A DNA stretch of 64,000 nt, taken from Flavobacteriales bacterium (GTDB taxonomy: Bacteria; Bacteroidota; Bacteroidia; Flavobacteriales_F; PHOS-HE28). Below are positions 9,144 to 17,492 of the stretch, piece by piece; positions within the stretch are counted from its first letter, which is position 1; each line of letters opens with the position of its first letter. The notes beneath the pieces were generated by a model that saw only the letters and a list, made by a program, of their open reading frames with translations, was not told the origin of the DNA and did no database searches. The stretch lies in the NCBI GenBank assembly GCA_024103275.1, contig JAGFIV010000066.1:10531-74530 (forward strand). Reading direction: 5' to 3'. A program made the translations under genes and the position numbers.

Positions 9144-10645
9144 GTGTAACTGCCCAGGTCCGATTGCGAGCTGATCCGCAGCACACCGTCCAGGTCATTC
9201 ACCGCCTCGGGGTCGTGGTCGGGATCGCCAGGGGGAGGGTCGTAGCCCTTGTTCCGGGCCTGGGAGCTCTGCTTCAGGTGGAAGTCCCGGTCCGCACTGC
9301 TGACGAACCCGGGATCGAGGTTGCGGAAGATGGTGGCCTGCTCGAAATGGGCAGCGTCCGTGGTGGAAATGGTGGTATGGAGCAGGAAGTTGCGGAAAAC
9401 GAAATCCGCGGGCAGCCCGTTGGCCAGTGCCAGCTCAAACTCGTTGGTGTTGTTGCCGTGGATGATGCCGTTGCGGAACTTGCTCGCCTCGATCTCACGT
9501 CCCTGCACCGCCCCGTTGATGTCCGTGAAGGCGTTGGTCATGATGAACGAGGGTTCCTGCCGCACATCATAGGACCAATAGTTGGCAATGGTGGGGTGGT
9601 TGAAGTCGTATTGCCCGCCGCCGGTGAGGGCCACGCCGTATTGGCCACAATCGCCCACCAGCAGGTTGGTGCTCTTGATCCGGTAGTTTTCCGAAAGCAG
9701 GCCCGCCGCCGAGCAGTTCCGGATGGCCACATTGTTCAGCACCAGCTTGTTGCCGCTGGTGGGCTGGCCCGGGGCGAACGGCCAGCTCTGCGCCTGGATG
9801 CCGATCAAGGAGTTCTTGATGACGACATGGTTCAGCACATTGTCGGCCGGTCCCTCGTTGATCCAAATCCGGTCCCATTGCCCGGGCAGGTCCGCATACT
9901 CCGCTTCCCGGCGGTCACCTTGGAAGGTGATCCGCTCGTCCGCCGTGCCATTGGCCTGGATGCGGCCTCCCCGGTATACCCACAGGCCGCCTCCGCCGTG
10001 GATGTAAACGCGCACGCCCGGGTCGATGGTGAGCGTGCAGCAGCTGTCCACCACGCCATACCCGTAGATCACGTAGGGCTTGTCGTTCACCCAGTGCACG
10101 GACTCGCAGATCTGGTTGCCGTCCCCATCAAAGCCGCCCGCGATGTAGCTGAAAGCGGGGAAACCGGGCACGTACTGGTCCGGCCTGTAGAAGTGCGCAT
10201 CCTGTCCCCAGGCGTTCAGGGTAACCTGCTGCTCGCTGCCATTGGTGTTGAACAGAATGTGGTCCTCGATGATGAACGGGGTGTTGGCCCCTCCCGGTCC
10301 CAAGGTGGCCTCCACGAATATGTATACGCTGTCGCCCCCGCCGATCTCCACCTGGCTGAAGCTGATCCCCGGGCTACCGTCCACGTTGAGGCGGAAGGGG
10401 GAGGAGGAGCCGCCCTCGACCGCAATGTCCACCCGGACGCCCCGGCTATTGGGGTTGCGTGCCGTGAACCGTTTGGTGACCGTTCCCACCGTGGTGAACA
10501 CCGTGTCGAACAGGATGGAATCGGCCGAGAATTCCAGCTTGATGCCGGGGTCGTCGGTGAACAGCTGGTCCTTGCGGCAACCTAACAGCGAGGCGAGCAC
10601 AAGAAGGCCCGGGAGGAGGGTTCGCAGAAGCTTCAAAGCGCGCAA
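9131..10645 (-). CDS. lipoprotein with right-handed beta-helix (pectate-lyase-like) repeats
   Basis: Signal peptide plus lipobox (LVLASLLGC). Repeated NxxIxNxxxxG segments ([23 protein letters not shown]) are typical of parallel beta-helix proteins. Confidence 0.5.
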   Translation of the reverse strand: MRALKLLRTLLPGLLVLASLLGCRKDQLFTDDPGIKLEFSADSILFDTVFTTVGTVTKRFTARNPNSRGVRVDIAVEGGSSSPFRLNVDGSPGISFSQVEIGGGDSVYIFVEATLGPGGANTPFIIEDHILFNTNGSEQQVTLNAWGQDAHFYRPDQYVPGFPAFSYIAGGFDGDGNQICESVHWVNDKPYVIYGYGVVDSCCTLTIDPGVRVYIHGGGGLWVYRGGRIQANGTADERITFQGDRREAEYADLPGQWDRIWINEGPADNVLNHVVIKNSLIGIQAQSWPFAPGQPTSGNKLVLNNVAIRNCSAAGLLSENYRIKSTNLLVGDCGQYGVALTGGGQYDFNHPTIANYWSYDVRQEPSFIMTNAFTDINGAVQGREIEASKFRNGIIHGNNTNEFELALANGLPADFVFRNFLLHTTISTTDAAHFEQATIFRNLDPGFVSSADRDFHLKQSSQARNKGYDPPPGDPDHDPEAVNDLDGVLRISSQSDLGSYTYVP

Positions 10646-10797
10646 AGATGGGAAGCGCCCCTATTACGCAGCCAAGGTGCGATCATTGCCCGCCCACCGG
10701 GAAGCCGCAAGTCCTCCCGGCGCAGGCCGACCGGGTCCGTGGAAGCAGGCTGGGCGGTCCCCGGTCCGCCCGGTGCATCACGGACGGCGTTTATCCT

Positions 10798-10805
10798 TAC
10801 ATTTG
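10798..10805 (+). promoter_or_regulatory. candidate Bacteroidota -7 promoter element (TACATTTG, matching TAnnTTTG) upstream of rpmE
   Basis: The motif sits about 48 nt upstream of the rpmE ATG. It matches the known Bacteroidetes sigmaA -7 consensus TAnnTTTG. Confidence 0.25.
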
Positions 10806-10852
10806 CGCCCCGTTCGCCGGACGGAAACCGGCGACGCATAGCAAAAACACCG

Positions 10853-11152
10853 ATGAAAAAAGGCATCCATCCCGACAACTACCGCATCGTCATCTTCAAG
10901 GACATGAGCAACGACCACATGTTCCTGGGGAGGAGCTGCGCGGCCACCAAGGACACCATGAAGTGGGAGGATGGGAATGAGTATCCGTTGGTGAAGCTGG
11001 ACATCAGCAACACCTCCCATCCGTTCTACACCGGCAAGATGATGCTGGTGGATACGGCGGGTCGCGTGGACAAGTTCAAGAAGCGCGTTGCCAAGCACAA
11101 GGAGATCAAGAACAGCGCCCCGGTGGCAAAGGAGGAAAAGGCCGCCGAATAA
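10853..11152 (+). CDS. rpmE: 50S ribosomal protein L31 type B
   Basis: [62 protein letters not shown] is a clear L31 (type B, non-zinc) sequence. It carries a short lysine-rich C-terminal tail. Confidence 0.9.
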   Translation: MKKGIHPDNYRIVIFKDMSNDHMFLGRSCAATKDTMKWEDGNEYPLVKLDISNTSHPFYTGKMMLVDTAGRVDKFKKRVAKHKEIKNSAPVAKEEKAAE

Positions 11153-11173
11153 GACCTGGACAGGCTCCCGAAA

Positions 11174-11204
11174 GCCCTCTCCCGCAACGGGGAGGGCTTT
11201 TTTC
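11174..11204 (+). terminator. rho-independent terminator after rpmE
   Basis: GCCCTCTCCC-gcaac-GGGGAGGGC stem-loop followed by TTTTTTC. Confidence 0.55.
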
Positions 11205-11229
11205 ATTTACAAGCCATACATTCGGCAAC

Positions 11230-11625
11230 ATGGCGACCGGCGCGGGATCGGGAAAAAAGCTCTGCTTGGAGTGCGGGGAACCCATACAGGGCCGGACGGA
11301 CAAGAAATTCTGTTCCGATGCCTGCCGCAACCTGTTCCACTACCGGACCAACAACGCGCCGATCAACTACGTGCGCAACGTGGTGAACGCCCTGAAGCGG
11401 AACCGGCGCATCCTAAGCGAGCTGAACCCCGACGGGAAGACCAAGGTGCACCGCGACAAGCTGGTGGAGCGCGGCTACAACTTCATGTACCATACCAACA
11501 TTTACCGCACCCGCGTGGGCAACGTGTACGTGTTCTGCTTCGAACACGGATACCTCGAACTGGACAACAACTGGTACGCCCTGGTGCGGCGTGATGAATA
11601 CCTCGAACGGGCCGGTGATGCCTGA
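11230..11625 (+). CDS. hypothetical zinc-ribbon protein
   Basis: 131 aa with a CxxC...CxxxC pattern (CLECGEPIQGRTDKKFCSDACRNLFHY) and a conserved-looking C-terminal region. I recognise no family. Confidence 0.5.
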   Translation: MATGAGSGKKLCLECGEPIQGRTDKKFCSDACRNLFHYRTNNAPINYVRNVVNALKRNRRILSELNPDGKTKVHRDKLVERGYNFMYHTNIYRTRVGNVYVFCFEHGYLELDNNWYALVRRDEYLERAGDA

Positions 11626-11649
11626 CCCGGCGGCCGGCCCGTGCAGGGC

Positions 11650-11775
11650 CTAACAGGCCGCCCAGAGGATCAGGATCACCATGGACAGCACCAGCAGCGC
11701 CGTCAACACCGGGCCCGTGATCTCATTCTCTTCCGCTTCCTCGGGGAAATGCCCTTCGTGCTCGTGCGCCGTCAT
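11650..11775 (-). CDS. possible small membrane protein (41 aa, His/Glu-rich N-terminus plus one TM helix)
   Basis: Reverse complement reads MTAHEHEGHFPEEAEENEITGPVLTALLVLSMVILILWAAC. It is below the ORF-track size cutoff, so it is only a candidate. Confidence 0.3.
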   Translation of the reverse strand: MTAHEHEGHFPEEAEENEITGPVLTALLVLSMVILILWAAC

Positions 11776-11857
11776 GGTAACCAATGGTTTTGTGCGGCGA
11801 ATATAAGTGCCGCATGACCAGCCCACGCATCCTCTGCCAACGGCCTCGTCCCTCCGG

Positions 11858-12049
11858 CTAGTTCAAGCTGAGGGTGGCTTGGCGCAGGGGCATCCGTGCG
11901 ATCACGCTGCTCTCGTTGACCGTCATCCGCCGCACCCATTCGCGCACCTGCTCATCCAGCTCCTTGTCGCTCAGACGAGACAGGTCCGCATAGACGGGAA
12001 GGCTGTTCCGGCTCTTGAGGATCAGTGCTATTTTATATGCACGCGACAT
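11858..12049 (-). CDS. hypothetical small protein (63 aa)
   Basis: Track ORF MSRAYKIALILKSRNSLPVYADLSRLSDKELDEQVREWVRRMTVNESSV. Its composition is not shadow-like, but I recognise no family. Confidence 0.3.
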   Translation of the reverse strand: MSRAYKIALILKSRNSLPVYADLSRLSDKELDEQVREWVRRMTVNESSVIARMPLRQATLSLN

Positions 12050-12210
12050 GGCAACCTTCTATGTCGTAGACGTAGGCAGGTGCCAGAGGGATGCCTGACG
12101 AAGCCGGGTGAGCCAACGAACGGGCGGTTTTTTCGGGTGAACGGTGGGGTGGCAACCAGGCAAGTGGCACGGATGGGTGAGAGCCTTGCCACATGGACAA
12201 GCGGTGGATT

Positions 12211-12550
12211 GCCCTTCGGGCGTTCCACAGGTGGGGGAGCTTCATGCCAAAGCCCTGCCCGCTTCGCCCGCGTGGCTTTTTGCTGCCCCCCTTCGCTCAA
12301 GCCGCGCTTGGCTTGGTGGGCAGCAAAAAGCCCCTGCAACTTTGTTGCAAGGGCTTTGGCCTGGTCGGGGTGAGTGGATTGCCCTTCGGGCTTTCCACAG
12401 GAGGGGGAGCTTCATGCCAAAGCCCTGCCCGCTTCGCCCGCGTGGCTTTTTGCTGCCCCCCTTCGCTCAAGCTGCGCTTGGCTTGGTGGGCAGCAAAAAG
12501 CCCCTGCAACTTTGTTGCAAGGGCTTTGGCCTGGTCGGGGTGAGTGGATT
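12211..12550. repeat. 2 x 170-bp tandem direct repeat; each copy ends with the 3'-terminal 19 nt of tRNA-Pro
   Basis: 12211..12380 and 12381..12550 are near-identical. Each ends in tggtcggggtgagtggatt, the reverse complement of AATCCACTCACCCCGACCA. Each unit has an internal 15-bp inverted repeat GGCTTTTTGCTGCCC / GGGCAGCAAAAAGCC. The second copy runs into the intact tRNA. Confidence 0.85.
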
Positions 12551-12609
12551 CGAACCACCGGCCTCTACGTCCCGAACGTAGCACTCTAACCGGGCTGAGC
12601 TACACCCCG
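12532..12609 (-). tRNA. tRNA-Pro (anticodon CGG), CCA encoded
   Basis: Reverse complement CGGGGTGTAGCTCAGCCCGGTTAGAGTGCTACGTTCGGGACGTAGAGGCCGGTGGTTCGAATCCACTCACCCCGACCA. It has a 7-bp acceptor stem, anticodon loop TTCGGGA and T-loop TTCGAAT. Confidence 0.85.
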
Positions 12610-12628
12610 TGGTCCCGTTAAGGGGCGG

Positions 12629-12636
12629 CAAATATA
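12629..12636 (-). promoter_or_regulatory. candidate -7 promoter element (TATATTTG) for tRNA-Pro
   Basis: The reverse complement of caaatata is TATATTTG, about 20 nt upstream of the tRNA 5' end. It matches the Bacteroidota TAnnTTTG consensus. Confidence 0.3.
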
Positions 12637-12727
12637 GTCTTGGCACGCATGCAACATGGAATGAATGGACAACTGCAATCGGAAACGTTGCCGGATGCGG
12701 GCCCCATGCTACATTCGCCCCCGCTCT

Positions 12728-12800
12728 GCGGGAGTAGCTCAGTTGGTAGAGCATCAGCTTCCCAAGCTGAGGGTCGCGGGTTCGAGTCCCGTTTCCCGCT
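12728..12800 (+). tRNA. tRNA-Gly (anticodon CCC)
   Basis: GCGGGAGTAGCTCAGTTGGTAGAGCATCAGCTTCCCAAGCTGAGGGTCGCGGGTTCGAGTCCCGTTTCCCGCT. Cloverleaf with anticodon loop TTCCCAA, discriminator U and no encoded CCA. A TACATTCG motif lies just upstream. Confidence 0.85.
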
Positions 12801-13024
12801 CGATAGCCCCGGTGGACCCACCGGGGCTTTTCATTGCGGCCGCTTGCCGCAAGTGCCGGGACCATCGGGAATGCCGTTCCCGGATAAGCCCCCCGACACC
12901 TTCCGGCACCGCACGGCGAAGCCCCGGATGCTCCGAAATGGGGCCGGGAGAACGTACTTTGCAGCAGGATGGCCTTGGAGAGTCGTTGATGCCTTCCTCT
13001 TTCCACAGGAACTTCCCCGATCCC

Positions 13025-13783
13025 ATGAAAAAGATTGTCAAGCCTTCAATGCCCCTCCTGGTGGGCCTCATGTTGCCGTCCGTTGTGTGCGCACAGGGGC
13101 CACCAGGCGGGAACTTGGTGCCCAATGGCAGCTTTGAGCAGGCCGCCAAAGGGCCGAACACCTTTGACCAAATAGGATTTGCCGAGGGATGGGGAAATGC
13201 CACGCTGGCACAACCGGAGCTTTTTGACCGGCAGGCTTCGGCGAAGACGGTGGGGATCCCTGAAAACACCTACGGAACCATGGCACCGCAGGATGGGGAG
13301 CGCTACGCCGGGTTTATGGCATGGAAAGATGATCAACGCCGTGATTATGAGGGGGGTGCACGCGACCCGTTCAAGCCGGGCTGGAATGCCTACTCGGAAT
13401 ATCCCGAGGTGGAATTGCTCCAAACCTTGGAGGAAGGCGCCACCTATGAGATCAGCTTCCATGTGGCCTTGGCCCAAAACAGCGACAGGGCCGTGGCGGG
13501 CATCGGGGCGCTGGTATCACCCCTCAAGTTGGCGTATCCCAACCGGGGCTTCCTTAAGGAACGGCCGCAGGTGGTGACCGAGGAGATCCTGGCGGAACGC
13601 GGCAAATGGATGGAGATCAAAGGAACCTTCCGTGCGGACGGCGATGAGCGGTTCCTGGTGATCGGCCTGTACCCGACGGCCGTTTTTGAGACCAGGCGGA
13701 TCACGGAAGGCGCGGACAACCAGTACGCCTACTACTACTTGGATAACATCGTGCTGAGGAAAATTGATCCCGTGGGGCCGTAA
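13025..13783 (+). CDS. secreted protein, paralog of the N-terminal domain of the downstream OmpA/TSP3 protein
   Basis: Start taken at MKKIVKPSMPLLVGLMLPSVVCAQG (signal peptide). The ~220-aa body aligns by eye with residues 25-245 of the next gene (NGSFE...DRAVAGIGA...YLVIG...EGAD.QxAYYYxD). Confidence 0.55.
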   Translation: MKKIVKPSMPLLVGLMLPSVVCAQGPPGGNLVPNGSFEQAAKGPNTFDQIGFAEGWGNATLAQPELFDRQASAKTVGIPENTYGTMAPQDGERYAGFMAWKDDQRRDYEGGARDPFKPGWNAYSEYPEVELLQTLEEGATYEISFHVALAQNSDRAVAGIGALVSPLKLAYPNRGFLKERPQVVTEEILAERGKWMEIKGTFRADGDERFLVIGLYPTAVFETRRITEGADNQYAYYYLDNIVLRKIDPVGP

Positions 13784-13872
13784 CCTAACCGGGATGGGAC
13801 TTACCTTCGCCGCCAAATCGGGGTAGTCCCTGAAATGCCGTACAGCCAATCCAGCAAACCAAAAGAAACCAC

Positions 13873-15237
13873 ATGAAGATCCACTACTTCGGCCTGCTCG
13901 CCGGGATGCTCCTTGCCTTCGGGGCCAAGGGTCAAGGGGCAGATGAGAACCTGGTGAAGAACGGGAGTTTTGAAGACCTGAACAAGCCCGTGAAGACCTG
14001 GGACCAGCTGAAGCACGCCAATGGCTGGTCGAATGCAAACAAGGGCAGTGCCGACCTGTTCGCCAAGGATGCGTCGCACACCTCGGTGGGCATTCCGGAC
14101 AATGAACTGGGCACGGGTACCACGGCCTTTGACGGGGAACACTATGCCGGTTTCGTCGCCTACAAGGAAGACATGCGCCGCAACTTCAAGCGCATCAAGA
14201 GCGGCAAGGAAAGCCCGTTCCGGCCCGCCTTCCAACGGTATTCCGAGTACCTGCAGACCGCATTGTCCGGCCCGCTGACCGCCGGGCAGAAGTACGATGT
14301 GACCTTCCGCGTGAAGCTGGCCAATGGGAGCGACCGCGCCGTGGCCGGCATCGGGGCCTATCTCTCACCCATCGAACTGAACTACAACCATCGCCACTTC
14401 CTGGATGAAAAACCCCAGGTTTCCACCACCAAGATCGTGGATGACAAGCAGAACTGGACGGAGGTGACCGGGACGTTCACCGCGGATGGCAATGAAAAAT
14501 ACCTGGTGATCGGGGCCTTCACCAGCGGTGGCTTCGATACCAAAAAGGTGATCGAGGGGGCGGACAGCCAGCGCGCCTATTATTACATCGATGGGGTCTC
14601 CGTGAAGGTGCATCCCGAGGAGGACCGCGACGGTGACGGCGTGCCCGACAAGGACGACCTTTGCCCCGATACGCCGGGCCTGGCCTCCCTGCAAGGATGC
14701 CCCGACCGGGACGGTGACGGCATCGCGGACCACCTGGATGCTTGCCCCGACGTGGCCGGCCCGGTTGAGTTCAGCGGCTGCCCCGATACGGACGGGGATG
14801 GCGTGCCCGACAATTTGGACCGCTGCCCCAAGGTGGCCGGCCCTGCCAGCAACCACGGCTGCCCCGAAGTGACCGAGAAGACCAAGCAGCTCTTCGAGAA
14901 GGCCCTGACCGGCATCCAGTTCGAGACCGGAAGTGCCAAGATCAAGACCTCCAGCTATGGCATCCTCAACCAAGTGGTGGATGTGATGAAGGAGAATCCT
15001 TCCTATGACCTGGAGATCCACGGCCACACCGACAATACCGGCAAGGCCGAGAAGAACCAGACCCTCAGCGAGGACCGTGCCGCTTCGGTGCGTGCCTACC
15101 TGGAAAGCAAGGGAGTGAGCGGGGACCGCATGAAGAGCTTCGGCCACGGCCAGACCGAACCCATTGCTGACAATGGAACCGCGGCAGGCCGCAGCAAGAA
15201 CCGCCGCGTGGAGTTCAAGGTGACCTTCTGGCGCTAA
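13873..15237 (+). CDS. OmpA-family protein with thrombospondin type 3 repeats and an N-terminal paralogous domain
   Basis: Signal peptide; four Asp-rich DxDxDGxxDxxDxCP TSP3-like repeats (DRDGDGVPDKDDLCPDTPG and three more); C-terminal OmpA domain (HGHTDNTGKAEKNQTLSEDRAASVRAYL...NRRVEFKV). Confidence 0.8.
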   Translation: MKIHYFGLLAGMLLAFGAKGQGADENLVKNGSFEDLNKPVKTWDQLKHANGWSNANKGSADLFAKDASHTSVGIPDNELGTGTTAFDGEHYAGFVAYKEDMRRNFKRIKSGKESPFRPAFQRYSEYLQTALSGPLTAGQKYDVTFRVKLANGSDRAVAGIGAYLSPIELNYNHRHFLDEKPQVSTTKIVDDKQNWTEVTGTFTADGNEKYLVIGAFTSGGFDTKKVIEGADSQRAYYYIDGVSVKVHPEEDRDGDGVPDKDDLCPDTPGLASLQGCPDRDGDGIADHLDACPDVAGPVEFSGCPDTDGDGVPDNLDRCPKVAGPASNHGCPEVTEKTKQLFEKALTGIQFETGSAKIKTSSYGILNQVVDVMKENPSYDLEIHGHTDNTGKAEKNQTLSEDRAASVRAYLESKGVSGDRMKSFGHGQTEPIADNGTAAGRSKNRRVEFKVTFWR

Positions 15238-15260
15238 GCGCAACGATCAGCGACCGAAAA

Positions 15261-15292
15261 GGGAGGGGGCTTCGGCCCCCTTTCTCTTTTTT
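15261..15292 (+). terminator. rho-independent terminator after the OmpA gene
   Basis: GGGAGGGGGC-ttcg-GCCCCCTTTCTC stem-loop followed by TTTTTTC. Confidence 0.55.
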
Positions 15293-15757
15293 CAGGGGAG
15301 CGCTACATGGATGAAACGCTGGTGGAGCAGCCGGTGAAGGGCAGGGGCCTGGGCCCGGATTGCCAAAGGGAAACGACGGGAAGGGTGGGGAAGGCCGTGG
15401 TTCAATGGCGGCCTGCGGAATAGACACCGATCCAGGATCTGCAATGGCCCGATGAGCCGGAGCTGAGCTTGGGCCATGCGCCTGATCGCACGGACATCAC
15501 CTCGGAAATGGGTAGGTCTCGGGATGAACCGGGACGGGTCATGTCAAGGTTCCGGCATTTGGCCCTGATCAGGAAAGGGCTGATCACCCCGGTTTGGAAG
15601 CCTGCGGCATTGGCCCCAATCCCACAGGGGATCAACGGGCGGTTGGATCAACCCTCCCTTGTGCCCGTGAAGGGAAACGCGCGGCTGCGTGCAGGGAAGG
15701 CCAGCCAGGCAGCCTTGTTGAACACGACGATATGGTGCGGCGGCCATGGGACCGGCC

Positions 15758-16465
15758 TCAATGCCCGGCATCCCCGCTCGGCCCGGCTTCCTCCTCCGGC
15801 ATCAGCGGCGGCTTGGATGCGAAAAGGATGTACCGGTAGGGCAACTTCTTGTAGCTGATGCCGACATCGTCCGCCCCGAACAGCGTCAATTCCTCGGATA
15901 CTTGGTTGTAATCCATGCGCTGTGAAAGCGGGGGGCCGTCCGGGGATTGCCCCGGGAGGTAGTTCACCAGGTAGAACAAGTGCGGGCTTTTGATGCCCGC
16001 CATGAGCTGGGTGATCCACGATCGGCGATCGCCCAAGGTGGAGTATTCGCGCGTGACCAAGGCAATGTCGGCCTCGTCAGGCAGCAACCCCGGTACGCCG
16101 GGAGTGGTCAGGCGGATCAGCAACCGGTCATCCCCGATGCCTTGGCTCGCTTTCCACGCCTGCAACCGCTCGATGGCCGCCGGGTCGTCATCAATGGCCA
16201 GCACCCGCGCACCGGCGCTCAACAGCTTCCACGTGTAGTAGCCGTCCCCGGCGAACATATCGGCCACCACCTTGCCCTGTAGCGGCCCCATTTCGCGCAT
16301 GACGATGTCGCCACCCCGTGGATCATCCTGCGGGTCAAAGGATACCGGCGCGAGGGGGGCGGCCGCGTTCGCCATGGCCGGCCGCGTTTCCGGCGTGGTG
16401 CTGCCCGCGTTGCATCCTATGCCTTGGATGCAGGCCCATACGAAGAGGGGAAGGATCATGCGCAT
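15758..16465 (-). CDS. class I SAM-dependent methyltransferase with signal peptide (lipoprotein-like)
   Basis: Start taken at MRMILPLFVWACIQGIGC. Motif I of Rossmann methyltransferases is present (VVADMFAGDGYYTWKLL), followed by an acidic loop (LAIDDD). Confidence 0.6.
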   Translation of the reverse strand: MRMILPLFVWACIQGIGCNAGSTTPETRPAMANAAAPLAPVSFDPQDDPRGGDIVMREMGPLQGKVVADMFAGDGYYTWKLLSAGARVLAIDDDPAAIERLQAWKASQGIGDDRLLIRLTTPGVPGLLPDEADIALVTREYSTLGDRRSWITQLMAGIKSPHLFYLVNYLPGQSPDGPPLSQRMDYNQVSEELTLFGADDVGISYKKLPYRYILFASKPPLMPEEEAGPSGDAGH

Positions 16466-16555
16466 CTCGATGCTTTGGAAGCGCCAAAATACGGTACGTC
16501 CGGGGGGAAGTCCATTTGCTTTCCATGGCAAATGATACAAGCGTATCTTTGTCCC

Positions 16556-17008
16556 ATGGTGAAGATCGAGCATGAACTGAACATGCAGTTCAAGAGCGAG
16601 CACCAAAAGCTCCTTTTGAATTTGTTGTTCACGTCGAATTGGCTGCGCCACATGGATATCGAGCGGTTGCGCCCGTACGGGCTCAGCCCGCAACAGTACA
16701 ACATCCTACGCATCCTTCGTGGAGCCGATGGCAAGCGGATGAGCATGGGAAGCATCCTGGAGCGCATGCTGGACCGGGCACCCAATGCCACACGGCTGAC
16801 CGACAAGTTGATCGCCAAGGGACTGGTGACGCGCGAACGGTGCGAGGAGGATCGCCGGGTGGTCTATCTGCGGATCAGTGAGAAAGGAAGAATGCTCTTG
16901 GATTCAACCGATGAGGACACCGACCGCATGGTCAGGCTGGTCGCCCGGAAATTGTCCAAGCCGGAGGCGCAGGCCATGAACGAGGTGTTGGACAAGCTGC
17001 GTGCCTGA
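16556..17008 (+). CDS. MarR family transcriptional regulator
   Basis: Start taken at MVKIEHELNM. The winged-helix region (LSPQQYNILRILRGADGKRMSMGSILERMLDRAPNATRLTDKLIAKGLVTRER...DRRVVYLRISEKG) is typical of MarR. Confidence 0.8.
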   Translation: MVKIEHELNMQFKSEHQKLLLNLLFTSNWLRHMDIERLRPYGLSPQQYNILRILRGADGKRMSMGSILERMLDRAPNATRLTDKLIAKGLVTRERCEEDRRVVYLRISEKGRMLLDSTDEDTDRMVRLVARKLSKPEAQAMNEVLDKLRA

Positions 17009-17075
17009 ATACCGGCCTCGCAGGCATTCTGCCCGTCCGTTGCACGATCGCGGATGACCGGCAGGTTTCCGGTGT

Positions 17076-17387
17076 TCAGCGTTGGATTGACAGTTTCTTC
17101 ACCATCGCCTGGTTAAGCGTCGCCGCGTCGGGCCCGAAGGCATTGACCAGGATTCCCTTGATGCCGTGCTTTTCCGAACGGATGGCATACACAATGCTTT
17201 CATCACTCGGATTTGAGTCGCCCTCGAACCGGTGGAATTCATCGATGACGAAATCGTCCGGGTGCAGCGATGTGCTGCTGCCGTGGCACACCACGCATTC
17301 CTCATGGAGCGTGAGTTCATCCTTGTATCCACGGGCGATCAAGTCATTGACGGCCTGTGAGAGCGTATCGTACGTGCGTGCTGCCAT
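17076..17387 (-). CDS. hypothetical protein (103 aa)
   Basis: Start taken at MAARTYDTLSQAVNDLIARGYKDELTLHEECVVCHGSS. I recognise no family. Confidence 0.4.
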   Translation of the reverse strand: MAARTYDTLSQAVNDLIARGYKDELTLHEECVVCHGSSTSLHPDDFVIDEFHRFEGDSNPSDESIVYAIRSEKHGIKGILVNAFGPDAATLNQAMVKKLSIQR

Positions 17388-17492
17388 TTGGTAAAGGTAA
17401 CAACGCTGGCGCTGGTCGGTTCGCATCCGTTGGGGAGCACCCACCGACGAGCGCATCCTGCCGCCAGGTGTTCCGCAAAGACACGGCACGGA

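Noticed and set aside
12144-12584. Overlapping ORFs 12144..12581 (+), 12193..12543 (+) and 12297..12584 (-) inside the 170-bp tandem repeat
   Set aside because: They exist only because the repeat unit happens to lack stops. The translations simply repeat (…LPPFAQAALGLVGSKKPLQLCCKGFGLVGVSG… occurs twice). They overlap a tRNA and its promoter.
12665-13024. N-terminal 120 codons of track ORF 12665..13783
   Set aside because: This stretch runs through tRNA-Gly and its promoter. The real protein starts at the signal-peptide Met, MKKIVKPSMPLLVGL, at 13025.
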